A DNA stretch of 64,000 nucleotides from Candidatus Omnitrophota bacterium (GCA_903901225.1 CAIUQE010000010.1:17911-81910); one strand, 5' to 3'. Shown: positions 28,405-39,310, counted from the first letter of the stretch. A program made the numbers and translations. The notes: generated by a model not told the origin, from the letters alone.

Positions 28405-29100
28405 ATGATTTTGTTCATCAAACACGTGGACATTGAAGGCCCGGAAACACTGGGCGTGAATTTTGAAAAGAGGGGTTTCCCGTTGTCAGTCATAGACTTG
28501 CATCGCGGAACCAAATTGCCCGCGACCCTGAAAGGGGTTGATGCTGTCGTCAGCCTTGGCGGGCCGATGAATGTTTATGAGGAAGAGAAATACCGCTTCC
28601 TGAAGGATGAGGATGCCTTTCTCAAGGCCGTGTTGAAAGAAGATGTCCCGTTCCTGGGGATATGCCTTGGCGCGCAACTCCTGGCGAAAGCTTCCGGCGG
28701 CAGGGTCATCCGTTCACCCCGGGAAGAGATCGGCTGGTTCAACATCGCGTTGACACCACAGGGGGCCAGTGACCCTCTTTTTGCGGGGTTGGGGCCCGTG
28801 ATGGAAGTTTACCAGTGGCACGGGGACATGGCCGTTATCCCCGAGGGCGGCGTGCATTTGGCTTCGTCAGGCTCCTGCCCGGTGCAGGCGTTCCGTGCCG
28901 GGCGCCGCGCGTACGGGTTGCAGTTCCACGCGGAGATCACGGACAAGAGCATCGCGGCCTGGTCCTGCGGTTACGCTCCTTTGCAGGCCGCCGGGCGCAA
29001 GGCCATGCTGGAGCGCTACCAGTCGGTAAAAGATGATTTTATCCGCCGGGGCGAGATCCTCTGTGATAATTTCCTGAACGTCATGAAAGATCATCCATGA
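28405..29100 (+). CDS. Class I glutamine amidotransferase-like protein
   Basis: GATase1 fold (VVSLGGPMNV...FLGICLGAQLL nucleophile-elbow Cys, ...QFHAE). Confidence 0.7.
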   Translation: MILFIKHVDIEGPETLGVNFEKRGFPLSVIDLHRGTKLPATLKGVDAVVSLGGPMNVYEEEKYRFLKDEDAFLKAVLKEDVPFLGICLGAQLLAKASGGRVIRSPREEIGWFNIALTPQGASDPLFAGLGPVMEVYQWHGDMAVIPEGGVHLASSGSCPVQAFRAGRRAYGLQFHAEITDKSIAAWSCGYAPLQAAGRKAMLERYQSVKDDFIRRGEILCDNFLNVMKDHP

Positions 29101-30776
29101 AAAATTTCCGCATCGCCCTGGCCCAGATCAACACGACGGTGGGCGACCTTGCCGGCAATCGCGACTGGATCCTCGCGTTCTGTGAGCGGGCGCGCCGCGC
29201 GGGCGCCGCTGTTGTTGCCGTGCCCGAGATGGCGGTGACCGGTTATCCTCCCGAGGACTTGCTTTTCAAGAAACATTTCGTCACCGGGAATATCAACATC
29301 CTCAACGATATTGCCCGGCGCGTGAAAGGCATCACGGCGGTCGTCGGCTTTGTTGACCGGGGTAAAAAGGGTGAATTGTATAATGCCGCGGCCGTGATCG
29401 CCAATGGCCGGGTCGTGGATGTTTACTATAAACACGCTTTGCCCAACTACAGCGTGTTCGACGAGAAAAGATATTTCACGCCGGGCGATGGTTTTCGGAT
29501 ATTGTCCCAGGACGGGGTGCCGTTCGCGGTCAATGTCTGCGAGGATATCTGGGTCGATGACGGCGTGTCCCTGCGGCAGGCCAAGGCCGGTGCCCGCGTT
29601 ATCCTGAATATTTCCAGTTCGCCTTACGAGGTCGGCAAATCCCTTGAACGGGAAAAGACGATCTGCCGCGTCGCCCGGAGCACAAAGACCCACGTCGGTT
29701 ACGTGAACCTTGTCGGGGGCCAGGATGAACTGGTCTTTGACGGGGGGAGCGTTGTCGCGGGGCCGGCGGGCAAGATCCTGGCGCGGGCCGCGCGGTTCGT
29801 GGAAGACCTGCTTGTGTACGATATTCCGCTCATGCCCCGGCGTGTCCACAAAGCGCTGCTCATCAAGTCCGGCGGCCCTGGAGAGGTGCTCCCCGGGGTG
29901 GCCCGGCCCCATGTTAAACCGCTGCCGCTCATTGAAGAGGTTTATGGCGCGACCTTGCTGGGGACGCGCGATTACATCGTCAAGAACGGGTTCAAGAAGG
30001 TCGTGATCGGCCTCAGCGGCGGCATTGACTCCGCTCTCGTCGCGGCCATTGCCTGTGAGGCCGTGGGCAGCGCCAATGTCATCGGGATATCCATGCCGAC
30101 GCGTTTTAACGCCGAGGAGACAAAGTCGGACGCCCGCAGGCTCGCGGCCAACCTTGGCATCCTGTTCTACGAGATCCCGATCGAACCTGTGTTCGATGCT
30201 TTTCTGAATGCGTTCAAGCCTTACGCCGCGGGGTTGCCGTTCGGGCTGGCGGAGGAGAACCTTCAGGCCCGCATTCGCGGGAATTTCCTGATGACATTCT
30301 CCAACAAGTTCGGCTGGCTTGTTCTGACGACGGGCAACAAGAGTGAAATGGCGACCGGCTACTGCACGCTCTATGGTGATATGTCGGGCGGTTACGCGGT
30401 GATCAAGGATATCCTCAAGACGCGGGTCTATGAACTGTCCGCATACGTCAACCGCAAGGCGGGCCGTGATGTCATCCCCCAGGCGATCATAAAACGGGCG
30501 CCGTCGGCGGAGTTGCGCTTCAACCAGAAGGACCAGGATTCCCTGCCGCCGTATGACGTGCTAGACGAGGTTCTCGTTGGATATGTGGAAGAGCACCGTT
30601 CTCCCGAAGAGATGGCCGGCCGGCGCGCTTCCCGGGAGGTCATCCGGCGGGTGATGGACCTTGTTGACAAGAGCGAATATAAGCGCCGCCAGGCGCCTCC
30701 GGGCGTCAAGATCAGCAAGCGCGCGTTCGGCAAGGACTGGCGCCTGCCGCTGACCAACCGGTATAAGGCAGCCTGA
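29097..30776 (+). CDS. nadE: Glutamine-dependent NAD+ synthetase (CN-hydrolase + NAD synthase domains)
   Basis: N-terminal nitrilase-type domain (RIALAQIN...VPEMAVTGY). PP-loop GLSGGIDSALVAA. Confidence 0.9.
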   Translation: MKNFRIALAQINTTVGDLAGNRDWILAFCERARRAGAAVVAVPEMAVTGYPPEDLLFKKHFVTGNINILNDIARRVKGITAVVGFVDRGKKGELYNAAAVIANGRVVDVYYKHALPNYSVFDEKRYFTPGDGFRILSQDGVPFAVNVCEDIWVDDGVSLRQAKAGARVILNISSSPYEVGKSLEREKTICRVARSTKTHVGYVNLVGGQDELVFDGGSVVAGPAGKILARAARFVEDLLVYDIPLMPRRVHKALLIKSGGPGEVLPGVARPHVKPLPLIEEVYGATLLGTRDYIVKNGFKKVVIGLSGGIDSALVAAIACEAVGSANVIGISMPTRFNAEETKSDARRLAANLGILFYEIPIEPVFDAFLNAFKPYAAGLPFGLAEENLQARIRGNFLMTFSNKFGWLVLTTGNKSEMATGYCTLYGDMSGGYAVIKDILKTRVYELSAYVNRKAGRDVIPQAIIKRAPSAELRFNQKDQDSLPPYDVLDEVLVGYVEEHRSPEEMAGRRASREVIRRVMDLVDKSEYKRRQAPPGVKISKRAFGKDWRLPLTNRYKAA

Positions 30777-30781
30777 CCCTC

Positions 30782-31474
30782 ATGAAACTTTCCGTATTGA
30801 TACCGGTTTATAACGAGGCCGCGACCATTGCCACGGTGATCAAGGCGGTGCGTGCCGTTGTCCTGCCTGCGGGCATGACGCGCGAGATCGTTGTGGTCAA
30901 CGACGGCTCGACCGACGCGACCGCGCGGGAGCTGGAAAAATTCTACGGCGATCCTCTGGTGCGGATATTCCACCAGCCCTCCAACAGGGGGAAGGCGGAC
31001 GCGCTGCGGCGCGCCATCCGTGAGGCGAGCGGTGACCTTCTGCTGGTGCAGGACGCGGACCTCGAGTATGACCCGTCGGAATATCCGAAACTGCTGGCGC
31101 CGCTCCTGGCGGGGAAAGCGGATGTTGTCTATGGTTCGCGCTTTCTGGGCGTCATCCGCCGCATGGAGGGCATCAACCGCTGGGCGAATGAGGTCTCCAA
31201 CGCCACCTTTCGCCTGCTGTACGGCCAGAAGTTCACGGACATCAACACCTGTTTCAAGCTTTTTCGCGCCGCGGACATCAAGGGCATGACCATTATTTCG
31301 GACCATTTTGCGTTTGAGACCGAGGTCACCGCGAAACTTGTCCGGGGGGGATCGCGCATCCTGGAAGTCCCCATTGCCTATGAGGCGCGTTCCGTGGCGC
31401 AGGGCAAGAAGATCAACTGGATCCGAGCGCTGGCGATGTACGGAGCGATCATCCGGTTCCGTTTTCAGAGGTAG
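30782..31474 (+). CDS. GT2 glycosyltransferase, polyprenyl-phosphate sugar synthase (DPM1/ArnC-like)
   Basis: LSVLIPVYNEA...VVVNDGSTD...LLVQDADLEY (DxD) motifs. Confidence 0.8.
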   Translation: MKLSVLIPVYNEAATIATVIKAVRAVVLPAGMTREIVVVNDGSTDATARELEKFYGDPLVRIFHQPSNRGKADALRRAIREASGDLLLVQDADLEYDPSEYPKLLAPLLAGKADVVYGSRFLGVIRRMEGINRWANEVSNATFRLLYGQKFTDINTCFKLFRAADIKGMTIISDHFAFETEVTAKLVRGGSRILEVPIAYEARSVAQGKKINWIRALAMYGAIIRFRFQR

Positions 31475-31478
31475 CCCT

Positions 31479-33191
31479 ATGCGGCGCGAGGCGCGGGACC
31501 TGTTGATATTGCTGGCCATCCCTTCGATCGTCCTCCTGTGCGCGGTCCTTCTCGGAGCTTCCGCGGGCCCGTACTGGCTCGGGCCAAATTACGACGCGGC
31601 GTACCAGTACCTGATGAACGGGTTGTATCTTGTCAAAGGATTCCCGCCGACCCATGTGGACCATCCGGGAACGCCGGTCCAGATGCTTTGCGCGCTGGTC
31701 ATCGGGGTGTTCAATATCGGGCGTCCGGCCGCCGGGACCGTTGACCGGGTCCTCATCGCGCCGGAATTTTATCTGCACGCGGTCTTTGCCGTCCTGGTCA
31801 TCCTCAGTTTTTTGACATCCGTTCTCCTCGCGGCCTATGTGTATCGCCGGACCCGGAATAAGTTGGCCGCGTTACTGGTCCAGTTGCCGGCGCTGGGTTT
31901 CCTGGTGCTGCCGGCAGGATCGACGTCCGCCCCGATCATTCCCGTCGCTGTCCATGTGACGCCCGAGCCCTGCCTTATTGTTGCCATGAACCTTTTCAAT
32001 TACGCGCTCCTGAGGGCGTTCTTTGCCGCGACGCCGTCGGAGATGACCCTCGCCATGGCCGTGTGGGGTGTTGTGTGCGGCCTGGCGGCCGCGGTGAAAC
32101 TGACGTTCCTGCCGCTCATGGTGGTCCCCTTGATCGTCCTGGGCTGGAGGGACAAAATATTGTTCCTCGTTGTCAGCGTTGGGGCGTTTTTGGTGTGGAC
32201 CATCCCGATCTTCAGCCGGTATCCTTATTTGTGGCAATGGGCTTCGGGTATCCTGACCCACACGGGGATCCATGGGGCCGGCGGCGCCGGATTCATTGAC
32301 CTGAAAAGTTTCTTCATGAATTTTCTTGTCATCGCGCGGCAGCAGGGGGCCGTTGTATTCCTTGCGCTGGCGGGGCTTGGCTGGGCCGCGGCCCGCGCGA
32401 TCGGGCGCAAGGCCGACAGGGCCACATTTTTCCTCGCGGCCACAGCGTGCGGGATCCTGTTGCAATTCATGGCGGTGGCCAAACATCCGGGAGTGCATTA
32501 TCTGGTCCCCGGCCTGGGCTTGAGCGGCGCTTTCTTTGTTTTTCTATATCTCCAGCGCCCGTTGCCGGCCCGCTGGAAAAAGGTGCTGGCCGGAGCCATA
32601 TTCATCACGGTCGCCGCGGGAACAGCGCAGGCCCTGGTCTACCGCACGCAACTGGAGGGGTATACCAGGGATGTGATGGCCTTTCACGCGCGGGTCCGGG
32701 AGAAATACAACGCGTGCGTGGTGATCCCCTATTACGGCGCTTCGGGCCAGGATGTGGCCCTTTCTTTCGGCGACGGGTCTTACATGGTCCCCCGTTTTGC
32801 CGCGGAGATGGCGCGGCTTTATCCGGACAGTATTTTCCTGCATCTGTGGAGTGCCCGGATCATGGCGTTCGATTTCAAAGCAAGGCTATGGTCGGATGAC
32901 CTCCTGGCGCAGTCACGCTGTGTCGTTCTCGACGGGATCGACTATGATTTCAGTCCGTGGCCCCTGCAGGTGCAGGCGCTGGAGAAGGGGCCGTCCGAGA
33001 GCCTTTATCGCGTGACGGGCACGTTGGAACAACAGGCGGCCATCGCTTTTTCTTCAGCGTCCCGGGCGCTGCAGGCCGGGGATGGCGCCAGGGCCCTCGA
33101 GTTCGCGGCCCAGGCCCGGCAGCTCCATTTCCAGCCTGCCGTGGCGCTGGAACGGCTCACGCGACAGGCGCTGGCAGTGGCCCGGCCCTGA
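31479..33191 (+). CDS. Polytopic membrane protein, putative GT-C-type glycosyltransferase partner of the GT2
   Basis: ATG lies 5 nt after the GT2 stop. ≥10 hydrophobic helices. Conserved acidic/His loop GFPPTHVDHPGTP after TM1, as in ArnT/PMT-like enzymes. The track ORF starts upstream at 31308 and overlaps the GT2 gene. Confidence 0.5.
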   Translation: MRREARDLLILLAIPSIVLLCAVLLGASAGPYWLGPNYDAAYQYLMNGLYLVKGFPPTHVDHPGTPVQMLCALVIGVFNIGRPAAGTVDRVLIAPEFYLHAVFAVLVILSFLTSVLLAAYVYRRTRNKLAALLVQLPALGFLVLPAGSTSAPIIPVAVHVTPEPCLIVAMNLFNYALLRAFFAATPSEMTLAMAVWGVVCGLAAAVKLTFLPLMVVPLIVLGWRDKILFLVVSVGAFLVWTIPIFSRYPYLWQWASGILTHTGIHGAGGAGFIDLKSFFMNFLVIARQQGAVVFLALAGLGWAAARAIGRKADRATFFLAATACGILLQFMAVAKHPGVHYLVPGLGLSGAFFVFLYLQRPLPARWKKVLAGAIFITVAAGTAQALVYRTQLEGYTRDVMAFHARVREKYNACVVIPYYGASGQDVALSFGDGSYMVPRFAAEMARLYPDSIFLHLWSARIMAFDFKARLWSDDLLAQSRCVVLDGIDYDFSPWPLQVQALEKGPSESLYRVTGTLEQQAAIAFSSASRALQAGDGARALEFAAQARQLHFQPAVALERLTRQALAVARP

Positions 33192-33299
33192 CGCACGGGC
33201 AAGGGCGGTGTTGTCGAATTTTGGACTGGACATATAAAAGTTTTATAGCTAAAATACCGCTTCTTTTTAATAGCGTTAAATTAATTCCCGAGAGGCTTG

Positions 33300-36200
33300 A
33301 TGAACATGGGTTTGCCATCCAAACAGGGCCTGTATGATCCGCAGTTCGAACACGACGCCTGCGGTGTGGGTTTCGTGGTCGATATCAAGGGCCGCAAGAC
33401 GCACGCGATCGTCCGCCAGGGGGTCAAGATCCTTGAGAACCTGACCCATCGCGGGGCGTGCGGCAGCGATCCTTTCACCGGCGACGGTGCCGGGATCATC
33501 GTCCAGATGCCCGACAAGTTCCTGCGCAAGGAGTGCGCGCTGCAGGACATTGAACTGCCTCCGGCCGGGGAGTATGGCTGCGGGATCGTTTTCCTGCCCA
33601 CCATCCACCAGGAATGTAACCAGATCGAGGCCTGGACCGAGCATATCATCCATGAAGAAGGTCAGGAGTTCATCGGCTGGCGCGAGGTGCCGCATGACCT
33701 TACCCGCATCGGGCACGTGGCGCGTTCCGTCGCGCCCGGGTTCAAGCAGCTGTTCATCGGCCGCGGCAAAGGGACGACCGCGGAAGGTTTTGAGCGCAAA
33801 CTTCACGTCATCCGCAAGCGGCTTTACAACAAGGTCCAGGAATCGCGCCTGAGCCAGAAGAGCTTTTATTATTTTTGCAGCCTTTCGTCGAAGACCATGG
33901 TCTACAAGGGCCAGCTCATGGCCGAACAGGTGGACGCGTTCTTCAAGGACCTGGCCGACCCTGATTTCATTTCCGCGCTGGCGTTGGTCCATTCCCGTTA
34001 CAGCACCAACACGTTCCCGACCTGGGCTCTGGCGCATCCCTACAGGATGCTGGCGCACAACGGCGAGATCAATACCCTGCGCGGCAACATCAACTGGATG
34101 CGCGCGCGCGAAAAACAGTTCATCAGCGAGGCATTCGGCGAAGATATCAAGAAGGTTCTGCCTATCGTCGAGCCTTTCGGCAGCGATTCGGCGACATTTG
34201 ACAATGCCCTCGAGTTCCTGGTGCTGGCGGGGCGGCCCCTGCCGCACGCCGTCATGATGATGGTCCCCGAGGCCTGGGTCGGGCATGAGGATATGCCCCA
34301 GCTAAAGAAGGATTTTTACGAATATCACGCGACCATGATGGAGCCGTGGGACGGCCCCGCGTGCATCGCGTTCACGGACGGGCGTTATGTCGGCGCGGTG
34401 CTGGACCGTAACGGCCTGCGGCCGTCGCGCTACACCCTGACCAAGGACGGGCTTGTGATCCTCGCGTCCGAGACCGGTGTTCTGCCTGTTGAGCCTGAGC
34501 GCGTGGCAAAAAAATGGCGCCTGGAGCCAGGCAAGATGTTCTTGATCGACACGCTTGAAGGCCGTATCATCGACGACAAGGAGATCAAGGACCTTTACGC
34601 CGGCAAGCAGCCTTACGGCCAGTGGCTTAAGGAGAATATTGTCAGCCTCGACGACCTGCCTGCGCCCAAAGAGGTCCACGGGCTGAACGAAAAGACGCTC
34701 GTGGAGCGCCAGCGCGTGTTCGGTTATACCCAGGAAGACCTCAAGATCGTCCTCAAGCCCATGGTGGAGAACGGCGAGGAGGCCACAGGGTCCATGGGCG
34801 CGGACAATCCCATCGCGGTCCTGTCGCAGCGGCCCCAGCTTTTGTATAACTATTTCCAGCAGTTGTTCGCCCAGGTCACCAACCCGCCGGTCGACGCGAT
34901 CCGCGAGGAAGTCATCATGGCGGAGAACGTGTACCTTGGCTCCGAGGGGAACATCCTGACGGAGGTTCCCGGGCACGCGCGGCGTCTGCGCCTGGCGCGG
35001 CCGATCCTGACCAACAGGGAATTTGAACAGGTGGCGCACGTGCAGCGCCCTCACCTGAAAGCCGCGGCCCTGCCGATCATTTTCAGGAAAGCCGACGGCC
35101 CCGATACCCTCGAAAAGGCCCTGGAAGAACTGTACGCGCGCGCCGATAAGGCTGTTGCCGAAGGTTACAATATCCTGATCCTGTCCGACCGCAAGGCCTC
35201 GGAAAAGGATGTGCCCATGCCCGCGCTGCTGGCCTGCGCGGGGCTGCACCATCATCTGATCCGCGGCGGTACGCGCACGCAGGTGTCCCTTGTCATCGAG
35301 ACGGGAGAGGCGCGCGAGATGCATCACTTTGCCGTGCTCATCGGTTATGGCGCCAACGCGATCAATCCTTACCTGGCGTTCGAGACCATCGAGAGCGAGC
35401 TGAAAAAAGGGAATTATCCCCCGGAACTTGACCTCGAGCACGCGACCAAGAACTACATCAAGTCCATCCGCAAAGGGCTTTTCAAGGTCATTTCCAAGAT
35501 GGGGATATCGACGATCCAGTCCTATTGCGGGGCGCAGATCTTCGAGGCGGTCGGCCTTGGCGAGGAGCTTGTCGCGAAATATTTTACGTCCACGCCGTCG
35601 CGCATCGGCGGCATTGACCTGAAGACAGTGGCCGAAGAGACCCTGCGCCGGCACGCGCTGGCGTATCCGGCCATAGCGCACGCCAACGGAGTTCTCGATG
35701 AGGGCGGCTGGTATTACTGGCGCAAGGATGGCGAGTTCCACCAGATCAACCCGGAAGTGGTCGCGACCCTGCAGCACGCGGTGCGCACCGGCGATTACCA
35801 GTTGTACAAAAAATACGCCCGGCTTGTCAATGACAACGACAAGGCGGTGGCGAATATCCGCGGTCTCATGAAGTTCCGCAAGGGCCATCCGGTGCTGCTC
35901 GCCGATGTCGAGCCGGTAGACGAGATCGTCAAACGTTTCGCGACGGGCGCCATGAGCTATGGCTCTATTTCCAAGGAAGCGCACGAGACGTTGGGCATCG
36001 CCATGAACCGCCTCGGGGCTTTTTCCAACACGGGCGAGGGTGGCGAAGACCCCGCGCGTTTCAAGCTCGATGCCAACGGCGACAGCCGCCGCAGCCGCAT
36101 CAAGCAGGTGGCGCAGGGCCGTTTCGGCGTCAATATTGAATACCTTGTCAACGCGGACCAGCTGCAGATCAAGATGGCGCAGGGCGCCAAGCCCGGTGAG

Positions 36201-37841
36201 GGCGGGCAGCTGCCCGGGCACAAGGTCACCCGTGAGATCGCCACGACCCGCGGCACGACCCCCGGCGTCCAGCTTATTTCGCCGCCGCCGCACCATGATA
36301 TTTATTCGATCGAGGACCTGGCGCAACTGATCCATGACCTGAAGAACGCCAATCCGAAAGCGGATGTGAGCGTCAAGCTCGTCGCGGAGATCGGCGTCGG
36401 CACCGTTGCCGCCGGCGTGTCCAAGGGCAAGGCTGACCATGTTCTCATTTCCGGTTACGAAGGCGGTACGGGCGCCTCACCGCAGACCTCGATCAAGCAT
36501 GCCGGGCTGCCGATGGAACTCGGGTTGGCCGAGGCCCAGCAGGTGCTGGTGATGAACGACCTGCGCGGGCGCATCCGCGTGCAGACCGATGGCACGCTGA
36601 AGACCGGGAGGGACGTGGTCCTGACCGCCATGCTGGGCGCCGACGAGTTCGGATTTTCGACCATCGCCCTCGTGACCATGGGGTGCGTGATGCTGCGCAA
36701 ATGCCACCTTGACGCCTGTTCCGTCGGCATTGCCACCCAGGACCCCCGCCTGCGCGCGAATTTCCGCGGGCGTCCGGAACATGTGGTCAATTTCTTCAGG
36801 TTCGTTGCCGAAGAGGTCCGCGAGCTCATGGCGGAACTCGGGTTCAGGAAATTCGACGAGATGATCGGCCGGGTCGACATGCTCCAGGCCAGGGATGTGA
36901 TCGACCACTGGAAGCTGAAGGGGATCGACCTGACCAATATCCTGCACAAGCCCGATGTGCCATGGCACGTCCCCGTTTACCATTGCCTCAAGCAGGAACA
37001 CGGGCTTGAAAAGGCCCTGGACAACCATTTGATCGAAAAAAGCAGGGACGCGATCGAACGCCAGGTCCCTGTCGCTTTCACGTGCGAGGTGAAGAACACG
37101 AATCGTACCGTGGGCACGATGTTAAGCTCGACCATCGCGCGCAAATACGGGATGGCGGGGCTGCCTGAGGTCGCGGCGCGGGAGGGCGGCGTTCCGGCGA
37201 CCATCCATGTCACGTTCAATGGTTCGGCGGGGCAAAGCTTTGCGGCGTTCCTTTCCCGGGGGGTGACCTTCGAGCTTGAGGGCGACGCGAATGATTATGT
37301 CGGCAAGGGCCTTTCCGGTGGACGGGTGATCGTTTATCCACCCCGGAGTTCTTCCATTGTGGCCGAAGAGAACATCCTGGTCGGCAATGTTGTGCTTTAC
37401 GGCGGCATTGGCGGCGAAGCCTTCTTCCGCGGCGTGGCCGGCGAGCGTTTCGCGGTGCGCAATTCCGGGGTCCACGCGGTCGTTGAAGGGGTCGGTGACC
37501 ATGGTTGCGAATACATGACCGGAGGGCGCGTGGTTGTTATTGGCCCGACGGGCAGGAATTTCGCGGCGGGGATGTCGGGCGGGCTGGCCTATGTCTGGGA
37601 TAAAGACAAGACTTTCGCCGGGCGCTGTAATACGGGCATGGTCGATATTTTCCCGGTCAATGAGACGGCTGATATTGAAGAGCTCAAGGGCCTGGTCGAA
37701 CGTCACGCGCGCTACACCAACAGCGCCGTGGCGCGCGACATTCTGGCCCGCTGGCAGGATGTCCTGCCGCAGTTCGTGAAAATTTTCCCGCGCGAGTACC
37801 GTCGCGTTCTTCTTGCGGCCAGCGCGCCGTCCAAAGGTTAA
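33300..37841 (+). CDS. gltB: Glutamate synthase large subunit
   Basis: N-terminal amidotransferase CGVGFV. FMN and 4Fe-4S central domains. C-terminal GXGXG domain. ~1513 aa. Confidence 0.9.
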   Translation: MNMGLPSKQGLYDPQFEHDACGVGFVVDIKGRKTHAIVRQGVKILENLTHRGACGSDPFTGDGAGIIVQMPDKFLRKECALQDIELPPAGEYGCGIVFLPTIHQECNQIEAWTEHIIHEEGQEFIGWREVPHDLTRIGHVARSVAPGFKQLFIGRGKGTTAEGFERKLHVIRKRLYNKVQESRLSQKSFYYFCSLSSKTMVYKGQLMAEQVDAFFKDLADPDFISALALVHSRYSTNTFPTWALAHPYRMLAHNGEINTLRGNINWMRAREKQFISEAFGEDIKKVLPIVEPFGSDSATFDNALEFLVLAGRPLPHAVMMMVPEAWVGHEDMPQLKKDFYEYHATMMEPWDGPACIAFTDGRYVGAVLDRNGLRPSRYTLTKDGLVILASETGVLPVEPERVAKKWRLEPGKMFLIDTLEGRIIDDKEIKDLYAGKQPYGQWLKENIVSLDDLPAPKEVHGLNEKTLVERQRVFGYTQEDLKIVLKPMVENGEEATGSMGADNPIAVLSQRPQLLYNYFQQLFAQVTNPPVDAIREEVIMAENVYLGSEGNILTEVPGHARRLRLARPILTNREFEQVAHVQRPHLKAAALPIIFRKADGPDTLEKALEELYARADKAVAEGYNILILSDRKASEKDVPMPALLACAGLHHHLIRGGTRTQVSLVIETGEAREMHHFAVLIGYGANAINPYLAFETIESELKKGNYPPELDLEHATKNYIKSIRKGLFKVISKMGISTIQSYCGAQIFEAVGLGEELVAKYFTSTPSRIGGIDLKTVAEETLRRHALAYPAIAHANGVLDEGGWYYWRKDGEFHQINPEVVATLQHAVRTGDYQLYKKYARLVNDNDKAVANIRGLMKFRKGHPVLLADVEPVDEIVKRFATGAMSYGSISKEAHETLGIAMNRLGAFSNTGEGGEDPARFKLDANGDSRRSRIKQVAQGRFGVNIEYLVNADQLQIKMAQGAKPGEGGQLPGHKVTREIATTRGTTPGVQLISPPPHHDIYSIEDLAQLIHDLKNANPKADVSVKLVAEIGVGTVAAGVSKGKADHVLISGYEGGTGASPQTSIKHAGLPMELGLAEAQQVLVMNDLRGRIRVQTDGTLKTGRDVVLTAMLGADEFGFSTIALVTMGCVMLRKCHLDACSVGIATQDPRLRANFRGRPEHVVNFFRFVAEEVRELMAELGFRKFDEMIGRVDMLQARDVIDHWKLKGIDLTNILHKPDVPWHVPVYHCLKQEHGLEKALDNHLIEKSRDAIERQVPVAFTCEVKNTNRTVGTMLSSTIARKYGMAGLPEVAAREGGVPATIHVTFNGSAGQSFAAFLSRGVTFELEGDANDYVGKGLSGGRVIVYPPRSSSIVAEENILVGNVVLYGGIGGEAFFRGVAGERFAVRNSGVHAVVEGVGDHGCEYMTGGRVVVIGPTGRNFAAGMSGGLAYVWDKDKTFAGRCNTGMVDIFPVNETADIEELKGLVERHARYTNSAVARDILARWQDVLPQFVKIFPREYRRVLLAASAPSKG

Positions 37842-37855
37842 AAGGTCCGTGACAT

Positions 37856-39310
37856 ATGGGTGAAGTCAAAGGTTTCCTGAAATACAAGCGTGAAGAATAC
37901 GTCAAACAGCTTCCGGCTGAGCGCGTGAAACACTGGGATGAGTTCGTGAATCTTCCCGTTGAAACGTCGCTGCGGGAACAGGGCGGCCGTTGCATGGATT
38001 GCGGCATTCCTTTTTGCCAGTGGGGTTGCCCGGTTGGCAATATCATCCCCTCATGGAATGACCTGGTTTACCGGGGGCAGTGGAAAGAGGCGCTGGAGCG
38101 CCTGCACAGGACCAATAATTTTCCGGAGTTCACGGGCCGCGTGTGCCCCGCGCCTTGCGAGAATTCGTGCACGCTTTCGATCAACAATCCCGCGGTCACG
38201 ATCAAGAATATTGAGCTCGCGGTCATCGAGCGCGCGTATGCCGACGGCCTCATCAAGGCCGAGCCGCCAAAGTCCCGTTCGGGGATGAAGGTCGCGGTGG
38301 TCGGTTCCGGCCCCGCCGGGCTGGCCTGCGCGGATCAGCTCAACAAAAAAGGGCACAAGGTCACGGTTTACGAGAAGAATGAATTCATCGGCGGTCTTTT
38401 GACATTGGGGATCCCGAATTATAAACTTGAAAAAGAGGTCGTGGCGCGGCGCGTGAAACGCATGGAGCAGGAGGGCGTGACCTTCAAAACGGGCGTTAAC
38501 GTCGGCGTGGATATTGAGCCGGCCGCGCTGAAAGCGCAGCATGACGCCGTGGTCCTGTGCGGCGGCGCTGAACAGCCGCGCGATATCGCGATCCCGGGGC
38601 GCGCGTTGCAGGGGATCCATTTCGCGATGGAATATTTGAGCCAGCAGACACGCAAGCTTTTGGGTGTAAAACCTGATGCGGCGCGTGAGATCAATGCCCG
38701 GGGCAAGCGCGTGGTGGTCCTCGGCGGCGGCGATACCGGTTCCGATTGCGTCGGTACCGCGAACCGCCAGGGTGCTTTATGGGTCAAGCAATTTGAGCTG
38801 ATGCCGCGGCCGGAAGCGGAACGCGCGAATGATAACCCGTGGCCGCAATGGGCGCTGGTTTACCGGACATCGACGGCGCATGAGGAAGGCTGTGAGAGGG
38901 ACTACGGCATAGCCACGCAAAGGTTCACGGGCCAGGATGGCCGCTTGCAGAAGCTTCATGCCGCGCGGCTTGACTGGTCGCAAAAAGACCCGGTGACGGG
39001 CCGCGCTCTCATGAAAGACGTCGCGGGATCGGAATTCGCGCTGGAGTGCGACCTTGTTTTTCTCGCGCTGGGGTTCCTGGGCCCCTTGAAGGCGGGGCTT
39101 GTCGAGAAATTCGGGGTTGAGCTCGACAGCCGCGGGAATGTGAAGTCTGACGGGAACAAGATGACCACCGTGCCGGGGGTCTTTACGGCGGGGGATATGA
39201 CGCGCGGGCAGTCGCTGGTCGTATGGGCGATCAATGAAGGCCGCGCGGCCGCAGAAGGGGTCCACCAGTACCTTTTGTCCGGACAAAAAAAGAAAGAGAG
39301 CCGTTCATGA
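37856..39310 (+). CDS. gltD: Glutamate synthase small subunit (NADPH)
   Basis: Fe-S Cys motifs (CMDCGIPFCQWGCP). FAD/NAD Rossmann VAVVGSGPAGLA. Confidence 0.9.
   Translation: MGEVKGFLKYKREEYVKQLPAERVKHWDEFVNLPVETSLREQGGRCMDCGIPFCQWGCPVGNIIPSWNDLVYRGQWKEALERLHRTNNFPEFTGRVCPAPCENSCTLSINNPAVTIKNIELAVIERAYADGLIKAEPPKSRSGMKVAVVGSGPAGLACADQLNKKGHKVTVYEKNEFIGGLLTLGIPNYKLEKEVVARRVKRMEQEGVTFKTGVNVGVDIEPAALKAQHDAVVLCGGAEQPRDIAIPGRALQGIHFAMEYLSQQTRKLLGVKPDAAREINARGKRVVVLGGGDTGSDCVGTANRQGALWVKQFELMPRPEAERANDNPWPQWALVYRTSTAHEEGCERDYGIATQRFTGQDGRLQKLHAARLDWSQKDPVTGRALMKDVAGSEFALECDLVFLALGFLGPLKAGLVEKFGVELDSRGNVKSDGNKMTTVPGVFTAGDMTRGQSLVVWAINEGRAAAEGVHQYLLSGQKKKESRS

Noticed and set aside
31308-31478. Upstream extension of the GT-C-like ORF overlapping the GT2 gene
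   Set aside because: Arg/Ser-rich out-of-frame overlap with a well-supported GT2. ATG 31479 directly follows the GT2 stop.
34302-36440. 712-aa minus-strand ORF
   Set aside because: Antisense to gltB, whose identity is unambiguous.
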